Positions 22,554 to 35,904 of a stretch of 64,000 nt of DNA are shown one piece after another (positions within the stretch are counted from its first letter, which is position 1; each line of letters opens with the position of its first letter). Both the position numbers and the translations under genes were made by a program. The stretch is from Eukaryota sp. TZLM1-RC (Eukaryota > Protista > Metamonada: BaSk clade). The notes beneath the pieces are model-generated. The model was not told the origin of the DNA. It did not search any database and saw only the letters and a program-made list of their open reading frames with translations. The stretch covers positions 5,609,784-5,673,783 of the forward strand of contig JAUPSS010000004.1 of NCBI GenBank assembly GCA_040285825.1, read 5' to 3'.

Positions 22554-25104
22554 TTGATGTAATTTCTCGAGAACATTTACAAATTAAATTATGAGGTAAA
22601 TTATCAGGCCAGATAAAGGAACGAAATCTCATATTCAGAGTCCAAGCAGAATCGGATAAGAGAGTACCATAAACTTGTGGAATTGTTGTTACTAAGGCAG
22701 AAGAAGTACTGTCACACATATCTTGTAAAAGATTTGCAAAAGCGGGATTCTTTTTCTTGGCCAAGCCAAGTCTAACATCAAAATCCAAGCTTTCAAAAAT
22801 CTTTGACAATTTTTGTTGAAGCTTTTTACAGCAAAACTGTAAATTAAATAGAGATCGGTTTGGAATTTCTTGAATTGATTGAGGAAAACATTTGGTCCAA
22901 ATTTGTGGCGGTAATTTTTCAAGTTCACAAGATAACTCATACAAATAGGGACTACAATTGGGGACTAACAGATGAGAATCATCAGGAAATCTACGAGAAA
23001 ATTCATAAATAAAATTTTTGCCACCACCCAAGAATGCTGATTGACACAAAATTGAAGATTTAGTAAATCCAATACCACCCAAATTTGCTGAAGAAAATAA
23101 ATGGCTTTTCAACATTCCTGGTTCTACATCCAATAAATCAGCAAAAAATTCTGTTCTCAATGAATTAAAAGAAGGTTTACTAATTATAGTAGTGATGCTT
23201 TTAAGTTCCTTGGTTGTTGGTTAGGAAATGTGCCTCAAATTCAGAATGAATTGCAAGTTATTTTGGAAAAAATGAAAATTGAACTTGATTCAATTTCTTC
23301 TTTAGATATAGAAAAGCATATTAAATTTTTCAAGCTTAAAATTTGCTACACTGGGAGAATAACCCACATTGTGAGATCTTGTGCTCCTTCCATAGCATTA
23401 GATTTTTGTCGTTCTTTTAATTCATTGAGAACAGAATTTTTTGCTGATTTATTGGATGTAGAACCAGGAATGTTGAAAAGCCATTTATTTTCTTCAGCAA
23501 ATTTGGGTGGTATTGGTTTTACTAAATCTTCAATTTTGTGTCAATCAGCATTCTTGGGTGGTGGCAAAAATTTTATTTATGAATTTTCTCGTAGATTTCC
23601 TGATGATTCTCATCTGTTAGTCCCCAATTGTAGTCCCTATTTGTATGAGTTATCTTGTGAACTTGAAAAATTACCGCCACAAATTTGGACCAAATGTTTT
23701 CCTCAATCAATTCAAGAAATTCCAAACCGATCTCTATTTAATTTACAGTTTTGCTGTAAAAAGCTTCAACAAAAATTGTCAAAGATTTTTGAAAGCTTGG
23801 ATTTTGATGTTAGACTTGGCTTGGCCAAGAAAAAGAATCCCGCTTTTGCAAATCTTTTACAAGATATGTGTGACAGTACTTCTTCTGCCTTAGTAACAAC
23901 AATTCCACAAGTTTATGGTACTCTCTTATCCGATTCTGCTTGGACTCTGAATATGAGATTTCGTTCCTTTATCTGGCCTGATAATTTACCTCATAATTTA
24001 ATTTGTAAATGTTCTCGAGAAATTACAACTACTCATTTGTTAAATTGTAAACATTTTATTACTTTTAGAAGCAAGGTTCATGATGCTGTAAGAGACCAGT
24101 TATATTGTATGTGTAAATCTCATAGAATTGAATCCTTCTTGGAACCTCTGTTGTCAAATCTGTTTGATGCTGAAAATGATTTTCATAAGAATAATAGAGG
24201 TGATGTCATATTACCTGGATTAGATGGAAGCTTCATTTTATTGGATGTAATGTCTGTTGATCCTTGTAATGCCTCAAATGAAAGGCTTGTTAATTCTGAA
24301 ATTCATAATCCCCTTTCAAATGCTGAAAATTTTAAATTCAAAAAATACAATGAACCTTTGTCCAAATTGGCCAGTCTACAGCATGCAAAGAACAATTTGT
24401 ATCCATTTGTATTTTCCCTTTTTGGTTCACTTGCACCAACTGCTTTACGTTTTTTGGATGTTTTTGAAATGATTGTAAAGAGAAGAACTGGCAGAAATTT
24501 CAACAGATTGTTTTGGCAAAATAGAATTGTGTTTTCTATTTTTAAGGGGATGTTGAAGATGGTTTCTGATGCTTTGCTTTCTCTTGGATCTCACTATGAG
24601 AGAGTTGCATCTAGTGTTTTTGTTTTGGGAGAGATGGATTTTTTAGATGTTGATTTATAGGTTTAGAATAAAATTAAATTTTTTTTAAAAAAAATGAATT
24701 AAAAGAACGACAAAAATCTAATGCTATGGAAGGAGCACAAGATCTCAAAATGTGGGTTATTCTCCAGTGTAGCAAATTTTAAGCATGAAAAATTTAATAT
24801 GTTTTTCTATGTCTAAAGAAGAATTTGAATCAAGTTCAATTTTCATTTTTTCCAAAATAACTTGTAATTCATTCTGAATTTGAGGCACATTTCCTAACCA
24901 ACAACCAAGGAACTTAAAAGCATCACTACTATAATTAGTAAAAGGGACAATAGAATCGTTTATCACGAGGTCTTGAGCAGAAGACCCAATCAGAAGGCAT
25001 TTGCTGGCATTAAGATGAAGCCCAATATTTTCATATGAATCGGCAATTTCTTGAGCAACCAATTCTATTAAATCAAATGAACCAATCAAGGATATATCAT
25101 CCAA
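22554..25104 (-). mobile_element. Family A fragment interrupted by another A
   Basis: 22554-23173 and 24693-25104 are contiguous A sequence across a 15-bp TSD. Confidence 0.85.
23174..24692 (+). mobile_element. 5'-truncated family A insertion (476-aa thumb/RLE ORF)
   Basis: Ends GEMDFLDVDL*, AATAAA and A-tail; TSD aatgaattaaaagaa at 23159-23173 and 24693-24707. Confidence 0.9.
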
Positions 25105-26598
25105 ATATGAATTTCAGAATTAACAAGCCTTTCATTTGAGGCATTACAAGGATCAACAGACATTACATCCAATAAAATGAAGCTTCCATCTAATCCAGGT
25201 AATATGACATCACCTCTATTATTCTTATGAAAATCATTTTCAGCATCAAACAGATTTGACAACAGAGGTTCCAAGAAGGATTCAATTCTATGAGATTTAC
25301 ACATACAATATAACTGGTCTCTTACAGCATCATGAACCTTGCTTCTAAAAGTAATAAAATGTTTACAATTTAACAAATGAGTAGTTGTAATTTCTCGAGA
25401 ACATTTACAAATTAAATTATGAGGTAAATTATCAGGCCAGATAAAGGAACGAAATCTCATATTCAGAGTCCAAGCAGAATCGGATAAGAGAGTACCATAA
25501 ACTTGTGGAATTGTTGTTACTAAGGCAGAAGAAGTACTGTCACACATATCTTGTAAAAAGATTTGCAAAAGCGGGATTCTTTTTCTTGGCCAAGCCAAGT
25601 CTAACATCAAAATCCAAGCTTTCAAAAATCTTTGACAATTTTTGTTGAAGTTTTTTACAGCAAAACTGTAAATTATATAGAGATCGGTTTGGAATTTCTT
25701 GAATTGATTGAGGAAAACATTTGGTCCAAACTTTTTTTTATTTAAATTTAATTTTATTCTAAACCTATGAATCAACATCTAAAAAAATTTGGTCCAAATT
25801 TGTGGCGGTAATTTTTCAAGTTTACAAGATTACTCATACAAATAGGGACTACAATTGGGGACTAACAGATGAGAATCATCAGGAAATCTACGAGAAAATT
25901 CATAAATAAAATTTTTGCCACCACCCAAGAATGCTGATTGACACAAAATTGAAGATTTAGTAAAACCAATACCACCCAAATTTGCTGAAGAAAATAAATG
26001 GCTTTTCAACATTCCTGGTTCTACATCCAATAAATCAGCAAAAAATTCTGTTCTCAATGAATTAAAAGAACGACAAAAATCTAATGCTATGGAAGGAGCA
26101 CAAGATCTCAAAATGTGGGTTATTCTCCCAGTGTTAGACTTGGCTTGGCCAAGAAAAAGAATCCCGCTTTTGCAAATCTTTTACAAGATATGTGTGACAG
26201 TACTTCTTCTGCCTTATCCCCTTTCAAATGCTGAAAATTTTAAATTCAAAAAATACAATGAACCTTTGTCCAAATTGGCCAGTCTACAGCATGCAAAATA
26301 CAATTTGTATCCATTTGTATTTTCCCTTTTTGGTTCACTTGCACCAACTGCTTTACGTTTTTTGGATGATTTTGAAATGATTGTAAAGAGAAGAACTGGC
26401 AGAAATTTCAACAGATTGTTTTGGCAAAATAGAATTGTGTTTTCTATTTTTAAAGGGATGTTGAAGATGGTTTCTGATGCTTTGCTTTCTCTTGGATCTC
26501 ACTATGAGAGAGTTGCATCTAGTGTTTTTGTTTTGGGAGAGATGGATTTTTTAGATGTTGATTTATAGGTTTAGAATAAAAAGGTTTCGCTTAAAAAA
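25105..26598. mobile_element. 5'-inverted family A copy (minus 25105-26133, plus 26131-26598)
   Basis: Inverted piece ends at ..gaaattcata; the forward 3' piece resumes at atcccctttc; variant tail ggtttcgctt(A)n. Confidence 0.7.
25731..25786 (-). mobile_element. 56-bp family A tail insertion inside A
   Basis: TSD atttggtccaaa at 25719-25730 and 25787-25798. Confidence 0.85.
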
Positions 26599-29322
26599 AT
26601 TTTGCCAAAACAATCTGTTGAAATTTCTGCCAGTTCTTCTCTTTACAATCATTTCAAAATCATCCAAAAACGTAAAGCAGTTGGTGCAAGTGAACCAAAA
26701 AGGAATATACAAATGGATACAAATTGTATTTTGCATGCTGTAGACTGGCCAATTTGGACAAAGGTTCATTGTATTTTTTGAATTTAAAATTTTCAGCATT
26801 TGAAAGGGGATTATGAATTTCAGAATTAACAAGCCTTTCATTTGAGGCATTACAAGGATCAACAGACATTACATCCAATAAAATGAAGCTTCCATCTAAT
26901 CCAGGTAATATGACATCACCTCTATTATTCTTATGAAAATCATTTTCAGCATCAAACAGATTTGACAACAAAGGTTCCAAGAAGGATTCAATTCTATGAG
27001 ATTTACACATACAATATAACTGGTCTCTTACAGCATCATGAACCTTGCTTCTGAAAGTAATAAAATGTTTACAATTTAACAAATGAGTAGTTGTAATTTC
27101 TCGAGAACATTTACAAATTAAATTATGAGGTAAATTATCAGGCCAGATAAAGGAACGAAATCTCATATTCAGAGTCCAAGCAGAATCGGATAAGAGAGTA
27201 CCATAAACTTGTGGAATTGTTGTTACTAAGGCAGAAGAAGTACTGTCACACATATCTTGTAAAAGATTTGCAAAAACGGGATTCTTTTTCTTGGCCAAGC
27301 CAAGTCTAACATCAAAATCCAAGCTTTCAAAAATCTTTGACAATTTTTGTTGAAGTTTTTTACAGCAAAACTGTAAATTATATAGAGATCGGTTTGGAAT
27401 TTCTTGAATTGATTGAGGAAAACATTTGGTCCAAATTTGTGGCGGTAATTTTTCAAGTTCACAAGATAACTCATACAAATAGGGACTACAATTGGGGACT
27501 AACAGATGAGAATCATCAGGAAATCTACGAGAAAATTCATAAATAAAATTTTTGCCACCACCCAAGAATGCTGATTGACACAAAATTGAAGATTTAGTAA
27601 AACCAATACCACCCAAATTTGCTGAAGAAAATAAATGGCCTTTCAACATTCCTGGTTCTACATCCAATAAATCAGCAAAAAATTCTGTTCTCAATGAATT
27701 AAAAGAACGACAAAAATCTAATGCTATGGAAGGAGCACAAGATCTCAAAATGTGGGTTATTCTCCCAGTGTAGCAAATTTTAAGCATGAAAAATTTAATA
27801 TGCTTTTCTATATCCCGCTAAAAAGAATCCCGCTTTTGCAAATCTTTTACAAGATATGTGTGACAGTACTTCTTCTGCCTTAGTAACAACAATTCCACAA
27901 GTTTATGGTACTCTCTTATCCGATTCTGCTTGGACTCTGAATATGAGATTCGTTCCTTTATCTGGCCTGATAATTTACCTCATAATTTAATTTGTAAATG
28001 TTCTCGAGAAATTACAACTACTCATTTGTTAAATTGTAAACATTTTATTACTTTTAGAAGCAAGGTTCATGATGCTGTAAGAGACCAGTTATATTGTATG
28101 TGTAAATCTCATAGAATTGAATCCTTCTTGGAACCTCTGTTGTCAAATCTGTTTGATGCTGAAAATGATTTTCATAAGAATAATAGAGGTGATGTCATAT
28201 TACCTGGATTAGATGGAAGCTTCATTTTATTGGATGTAATGTCTGTTGATCCTTGTAATGCCTCAAATGAAAGGCTTGTTAATTCTGAAATTCATAATCC
28301 CCTTTCAAATGCTGAAAATTTTAAATTCAAAAAATACAATGAACCTTTGTCCAAATTGGCCAGTCTACAGCATGCAAAATACAATTTGTATCCATTTGTA
28401 TTTTCCCTTTTTGGTTCACTTGCACCAACTGCTTTACGTTTTTTGGATGATTTTGAAATGATTGTAAAGAGAAGAACTGGCAGAAATTTCAACAGATTGT
28501 TTTGGCAAAATAGAATTGTGTTTTCTATTTTTAAAGGGATGTTGAAGATGGTTTCTGATGCTTTGCTTTCTCTTGGATCTCACTATGAGAGAGTTGCATC
28601 TAGTGTTTTTGTTTTGGGAGAGATGGATTTTTTAGATGTTGATTTATAGGTTTAGAATAAAAAGGTTTCGCTTAAAAAAAATTTTCATTTTTTCCAAAAT
28701 AACTTGCAATTCATTCTGAATTTGAGGCACATTTCCTAACCAACAACCAAGGAACTTAAAAGCATCACTACTATAATTAGTAAAAGGGACAATAGAATCG
28801 TTTATCACGAGGTCTTGAGCAGAAGAGCCAATCAGAAGGCATTTGCTGGCATTAAGATGAAGCCCAATATTTTCATATGAATCGGCAATTTCTTGAGCAA
28901 CCAATTCTAGTAAATCAAATGAACCAATCAAGGATATATCATCCATATAAGCAACTATTTTTATAGAAGGGTATTTTTGCTTAATGATATTTAAAGTTTT
29001 GTGAATAGCTAAACAAGACAATAATGGGCCTAAAGGATCTCCCTGCTTCACTCCAGAAGATGATTTAAGACCAAATGAATTAAAAATTAAATCTGATTCT
29101 TTCCCATAAAAATGGTAGAAAAAACTCGATAGCTCAGGAAAGTCAGATTTAATAACTTCAAAAATTGCTTCTCGCTTTACAGAATTAAAAGCATTTTTAA
29201 AGTCGAGATTAAAAATAAAATTATTTTCCTCTGCATTAAAAAAGGTATCAGAGGCAATAGCAGCAACAGAAGCACCATCAATTGTTTTGATTTCAAATTG
29301 ATGAGGATTCAAAAATGTAGAA
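26599..29322 (-). mobile_element. Family A fragment (RT to RLE) interrupted at 27814-28680
   Basis: ORFs 28644-29351 and 26660-27787 are collinear with full-length A apart from ~26 bp lost at the interruption. Confidence 0.8.
27814..28680 (+). mobile_element. 5'-truncated family A insertion with variant tail; target deletion instead of TSD
   Basis: Ends DVDL* ggtttagaataaaaaggtttcgctt(A)n. Confidence 0.8.
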
Positions 29323-29594
29323 CCGATAACACTCCTATCAAAGAAGATCAAAAAGATGAAAAAAAATGTGTTTTTTGTCGAAAGCTTGTTGCTGTCAATG
29401 ATTCCGGTCGACCTTTACTTTTTTGTGATTCTTGTGTTGCTGCTGATCAGCTACGTTGTCCCATTCGTGTTCCTGCTCAGCTTAGTCCGTTGGCTTCGAT
29501 ACCTTTTGCTGTTGTTCTTCGTGCCTTTACTGAAAATCTCCGTAAAGGATTATGGGATGTTACGCCTATTTGGAAATTGTTTCTGAAAAAAGAT
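29323..29594 (+). pseudogene. Family E piece 1 (C4 zinc motif)
   Basis: CVFC..GRPLLFCDSC..WKLFLKKD; continues at 38089. Confidence 0.8.
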
Positions 29595-30722
29595 TTTTTT
29601 CTCTCTCCCTTAGTCAACCCTCTCATATTTCACTTTCTGTCACGGCGTCAAAGTCGTACTGTGTCTTTGCCAAAACGATGCCAGTGACTGACAGTGACTC
29701 TGATACTGATTGGAACGCCCAAGCAAAGATTCTACCCATCAGATCAAGCTCATCCCCTTCACTTCTCCACTCTCCCCACCCTTCAAGCTATGCTCGAAAT
29801 TCTTCTCAAAAAAATTTGAAAATTTTTAAAAAAGATTTTTTGCCTTTGTGTGATGCCCCTGATATTACGCCTGAAAAAGTGCAAAAAAGAAGACATACCT
29901 GTTCCAAATGTGGCAAGGTTGGTCATAACATTAGAAAATGTCCTGATATTATTACCGAAAAAATGAGACTGAAAACCAATATTTCTATTGTTAATAGTTT
30001 GCAAACGCCATCCGAACTAAATCTTCCTCCTGTTCCCAATGTTTCTGCTGATGATGTTAATTATGATTTAAATATTGATCAAACTCATTTACCAAAAACT
30101 GTTGCTCCTGATCCTACGGATAATGTCTTGAAACATAGTTGTCCTTTTTGCAAAAAGTTCCTTTCTAATTCTTCTAATGGTCGCCCTCTCTTGTTTTGTT
30201 TTGACTGTCAAACAAGTGATTCTCTTCGTACACCTGTTAAAATTCCTGTAGAGGTGAGTCCTGCCAGTTCTGTTCCTTTATCAATGGAAATGCGTTCTTT
30301 TTCTTCGCAATTGAAATTAAACAAATGGAACATAACAAGATTTTGGAAATTCTTTGCCAAAAAGAATAAGAAGAAAATTAATGACAAACCAAAACAGAGA
30401 AAAGCTAATTCATCTTTTCAAGCAAGAAAATTGTTTTTGAGAGGTAGATATGGAAGCGGATTAAAAAATATTTTTTCGGGAAAACTGGCTGATACCAATC
30501 TCGAAACTGTTGAAAAATTGAAATCCCTCCATCCAACTGAAAATTTTGTGCCCCAGTAAGCCTTCTATTTGTCAATATTGGCTCGAAAATTCATTTCAGG
30601 CTCAAGAAGTATTGAATGCCGTTGCTAAATTACCAAAAGGAAAAGCTGCTGGTCCTTCAGGCATTTCCTTTGATTTGTTAAAAACTGCCTGTAAAAATGC
30701 TCCTGAAATTGTTGAGGATCTT

Positions 30723-33700
30723 TTTTTTTAAAATTTAATTTTATTCTAAACCTATAAATCAACATCTAAAAAATCCATCTCTCCCAAAACAAAAACACTA
30801 GATGCAACTCTCTCATAGTGAGATCCAAGAGAAAGCAAAGCATCAGAAACCATCTTCAACATTCCTTTAAAAATAGAAAACACAATTCTATTTTGCCAAA
30901 ACAATCTGTTGAAATTTCTGCCAGTTCTTCTCTTTACAATCATTTCAAAATCATCCAAAAAACGTAAAGCAGTTGGTGCAAGTGAACCAAAAAGGGAAAA
31001 TACAAATGGATACAAATTGTATTTTGCATGCTGTAGAGTGGCCAATTTGGACAAAGGTTCATTGTATTTTTTGAATTTAAAATTTTCAGCATTTGAAAGG
31101 GGATTATGAATTTCAGAATTAACCAGCCTTTCATTTGAGGCATTACAAGGAGCAACAGACATTACATCCAATAAAGTGAAGGTTCCATCTAATCCAGGTA
31201 ATATGACATCACCTCTATTATTCTTATGAAAATCATTTTCAGCATCAAACAGATTTGACAACAAAGGTTCCAAGAAGGATTCAATTCTATGAGATTTACA
31301 CATACAATATAACTGGTCTCTTACAGCATCATGAACCTTGCTTCTAAAAGTAATAAAATGTTTACAATTTAACAAATGAGTAGTTGTAATTTCTCGAGAA
31401 CATTTACAAATTAAATTATGAGGTAAATTATCAGGCCAGATAAAGGAACGAAATCTCATATTCAGAGTCCAAGCAGAATCGGATAAGAGAGTACCATAAA
31501 CTTGTGGAATTGTTGTTACTAAGGCAGAAGAAGTACCGTCACACATATCTTGTAAAAGATTTGCAAAAGCGGGATTCTTTTTCTTGGCCAAGCCAAGTCT
31601 AACATCAAAATCCAAGCTTTCAAAAATCTTTGACAATTTTTGTTGAAGCTTTTTACAGCAAAACTGTAAATTAAATAGAGATCGGTTTGGAATTTCTTGA
31701 ATTGATTGAGGAAAACATTTGGTCCAAATTTGTGGCGGTAATTTTTCAAGTTCACAAGATAACTCATACAAATAGGGACTACAATTGGGGACTAACAGAT
31801 GAGAATCATCAGGAAATCTACGAGAAAATTCATAAATAAAATTTTTGCCACCACCCAAGAATGCTGATTGACACAAAATTGAAGATTTAGTAAAACCAAT
31901 ACCACCCAAATTTGCTGAAGAAAATAAATGGCTTTTCAACATTCCTGGTTCTACATCCAATAAATCAGCAAAAATTCTGTTCTCAATGAATTAAAAGAAC
32001 GACAAAAATCTAATGCTATGGAAGGAGCACAAGATCTCAAAATGTGGGTTATTCTCCCAGTGTAGCAAATTTTAAGCATGAAAAATTTAATATGCTTTTC
32101 TATATCTAAAGAAGAAATTGAATCAAGTTCAATTTTCATTTTTTCCAAAATAACTTGCAATTCATTCTGAATTTGAGGCACATTTCCTAACCAACAACCA
32201 AGGAACTTAAAAGCATCACTACTATAATTAGTAAAAGGGACAATAGAATCGTTTATCACGAGGTCTTGAGCAGAAGAGCCAATCAGAAGGCATTTGCTGG
32301 CATTAAGATGAAGCCCAATATTTTCATATGAATCGGCAATTTTTTGAGCAACCAATTCTAGTAAATCAAATGAACCAATCAAGGATATATCATCCATATA
32401 AGCAACTATTTTTATAGAAGGGTATTTTTGCTTAATGATATTTAAAGTTTTGTGAATAGCTAAACAAAACAATAATGGGCCTAAAGGATCTCCCTGCTTC
32501 ACTCCAGAAGATGATTTAAGACCAAATGAATTAAAAATAAAATCTGATTCTTTCCCATAAAAATGGTAGAAAAAACTCGATAGCTCAGGAAAATCAGATT
32601 TAATAACTTCAAAAATTGCTTCTCGCTTTACAGAATTAAAAGCATTTTTAAAGTCGAGATTAAAAATAAAATTATTTTCCTCTGCATTAAAAAAGGTATC
32701 AGAGGCAATAGCAGCAACAGAAGCACCATCAATTGTTTTGATTCCAAATTGATGAGGATTCAAAAATGTAGAAGCTTTGTCTTTGACACGATCGAAGACA
32801 ATTGATGCTAGCAAACGAGAAAGAGATTCACCAACAGCAACTGGGCGTATTCCATCAGGTTTGATTCCGTTTCCAGGCTTTTACTAAAGCAATCAGACGT
32901 GCCGCGAGTAATTCAAATGGAGGATTAATTTTCAAAACAATCAATTGTTGAAAATAGTGGGCTAGATCATCAGCAATTTCGGGAGCACTGGAACATGCTA
33001 TTTTTAAGAGATCAAAAGAAATTCCAGATGGGCCTGCTGCTTTCCCCTTTGGCAATTTTTGAATAGCTTTAAGAACTTCAATTGCAGTAATAGGATTTTC
33101 AATCCAAAAAGGACACACTTCAGGCTTGCTGCACTTGAAATTTTCTTGAGGATGCAACTTTTGAAGTCTTTCAAGGGTATCAGAGTTTGCATCAGCCAAA
33201 GAAGAGGAAAACAAAGCCTGCTTTGCGGCACCATAACGACCACGTAAGCACAATTTACGGCAAATTTTTGATTGTACAATTTTTCTATTTCCAAATTTTT
33301 TCTTAAAACAATTTTTGTTTTTTCTAGCAAAATATTTCCAGAAGGATGAAATATTCCACTTATTATTTTTCAATTCAGAAGTAAAATTTCTCATTTCCAT
33401 TGAGAAGGGGATTGTGCTGGCGGGACTTATTTCTACTGGGATCCGGAACGGGGGTCTAACGGTATCAACGGCTTTACAATTCGTACAAAACAGAAGTTTT
33501 CGACCATTTCGTGAATCTGCAACATCTTTTTTGCAAAATGGACAACAAAAATTACTGTTTTCAGAAGGGGAAGAAGAGGGAACACTAGAAGCATTTAACT
33601 GTTGATCGTCAGAAACATTATTCTCAGCACCTTTCACAACGGCAACAGCTGGAACAGAACATTTGAGAATTTGTTGAGCAGATTGTAATTCAAATTCTCT

Positions 33701-34203
33701 TTTTTGTTTCTCAGGGCACGTTCTCGAATTATGACCACTGATACCACAAATCGAACATTTTTTAGAACCTTTTAATGGCAGTGGTTTCATTTTTTCAGTT
33801 CTTTCAATTTTGTCAATTTTTGAGTTAAAAGTAGAAATAGACTTTTGACTTTTTGCAGTTTCAGCTGGAGAAAACAAATTTCGAGAAACGGAGTTGTTAA
33901 TAGAACGCGCAACAGAACGCAAGGAACGTAATGGTGGTTTTTCTGTGTTTTTTCTGGTACAATGATCAGTTTTTGAATGAAAATTTTTTTGAGATGAATT
34001 TCGAGCATAGCTTGTATTGTGGGGAGAGTGGGGAAGTGGAGTGGATGAGCTTGATCTGACTGGTAGAATCTTTGCTTGGGCGTTCCAATCAGTATCAGAG
34101 TCACTATCAGCCAAAGGCATCGTTTTGACAGAGAAACAGTACGACTTTGACGCTTTGACAGAAAGTGAAATATGAAAGGGTTGACTAAGGGAGGGAGGAA
34201 AAA
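30723..34203 (-). mobile_element. Full-length family A CRE-like retrotransposon (~3.48 kb)
   Basis: TSD aaattgttgaggatctt at 30706-30722 and 34204-34220 (edges ambiguous in the A/T runs); about 78-nt 5' UTR, short 3' UTR and A-tail. Confidence 0.93.
30752..34120 (-). CDS. Family A polyprotein, about 1122 aa (CCHC knuckle, C4 zinc, RT, CCHC, RLE); split by two compensating homopolymer indels
   Basis: Span is 3369 nt (1123 codons). The +1 near 32880 and -1 near 31970 are absent from the duplicate copy (47610, 46700). Confidence 0.8.
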
Positions 34204-35904
34204 AAATTGTTGAGGATCTTGCTTCCTATTTTCAAAATTTAATGTGTTTAAATTATGTTCCTCCGCCTGAATTGACTGCTGCCCGTTTAGTTGCTTTAGT
34301 TAAACCTGGTAAAGGTGACAAACCTGATGGAGTTAGACCAATTGCTATTGGAGAGTCATTAACCAGATTGCTTTCTTCGCTTATTTTTAACAGAATTTCT
34401 ACTAAAGCAATGGACTATTTGAAGCCTTTCCAATTTGGTATAAAAACTGTTGAAGGTGCTTCTGTTGCTTCAATGACTTCAGATGTTTTTTTCAATAGTC
34501 AACAACATCAATATATTTTCAATTTGGATTTCAAAAATGCTTTCAATTCTGTGAAACGTAATTGTATTTTTGATGTGCTTCTTCAAGAATTTCCAGAACT
34601 TTCAGCCTATTTTTACTTATTTTATGGAAGAAAATCAGACTTAATTTTTGACTCCTTTACCCTTGAATCTTCTTCTGGTGTGAAACAAGGTGATCCTCTT
34701 GGCCCTTTGCTGTTTTGTTTGGCTATTCATAATATTATTAAAATGACACAACAAGATTTCCCCGATTTGCGTATTGTTGCCTATATGGATGACATTTCTA
34801 TTATTGGTTCTTTTGAAAGCATTTCTAGGGTCTCTGAAAACATTGCGGCGAAATACAAAGAAATTGGATTAGCTTTGAACCCATCTAAATGTCTCTTGAT
34901 TGGTAGAGAAAAACAATCTTTGATGATTGGTGGAGCTCAGATTCCTTTTATCAATTATGACCAACAAGCTTTTAAGTTTCTTGGATGTTGGCTTGGCAAT
35001 TTGGATGAAATTTATTCCCAGTTAAACAATTTATTGGAGAAGTTTGACAAGGATCTTAGTTTTATTGCTGAATGTGACATTGAGAAACACATCAAATTTT
35101 TATTTTAAAAATTTGTTATTCTGGAAAAATTCACTCATATTTTAAGGTCAACTCCCCCTTCGGTATCTCTCAATTTTTGCAGATCTTTTAACAAACTTTG
35201 AGTAAAATTTTTTTCCTCATTATTGGAGGTAAATGAATCTTTAATTCGAAGTCATGTTTTTTGTTCTGCTGATTTAGGTGGAATTGGTTTCACGAAATCT
35301 TCGATTCTGTGTAAAGCAGCTTTTTTAGGAGGTGGAAAAAATTTTGTTTTTGAATTTTTTCAAAGGTTCCCTTTTGATGTTCATCTGATCAATGGTGAAT
35401 CAAATTTTTATTTGAATCAACTTCAAATCGAATTATATAATTTGCCTAGTGATATCTGGATTCAGTGTTTTCCTCAAAATGTTCAAGAAATTCCCACCCG
35501 ATCACTTCCAAATTTACGTTTTTGCTTGAAAAAGCTTCAGCACCATCTGGTTAAATTATATGAAGGCTTGGATTATGAAGTAAGACTTGGCTTGGCCAAA
35601 ACTAAAAATCCCGCTTTCGGTAATTTTTTAAAGGATATTCGTGATAGTTCAGCTGCTGCTTTAGTAACTCAAGTTCCCTCTGTTTATGGACTTCTGTTAA
35701 AAGACAATGAATGGCTTCTAAACATGCGTTTTCGTTGTTTTCTGTGGCCAAACAATTTGCCCAATCATTTAACTTGTAAATGTGGTAAACCTCTTTTGTT
35801 TACTCATCTTTTGAACTGTAAACATTTCATTACGTTTAGAAGCAAAGTGCATAATAACGTCAGGGACCAAATTTATGTAATGTGCAAATCATATCGAGTA
35901 GATT

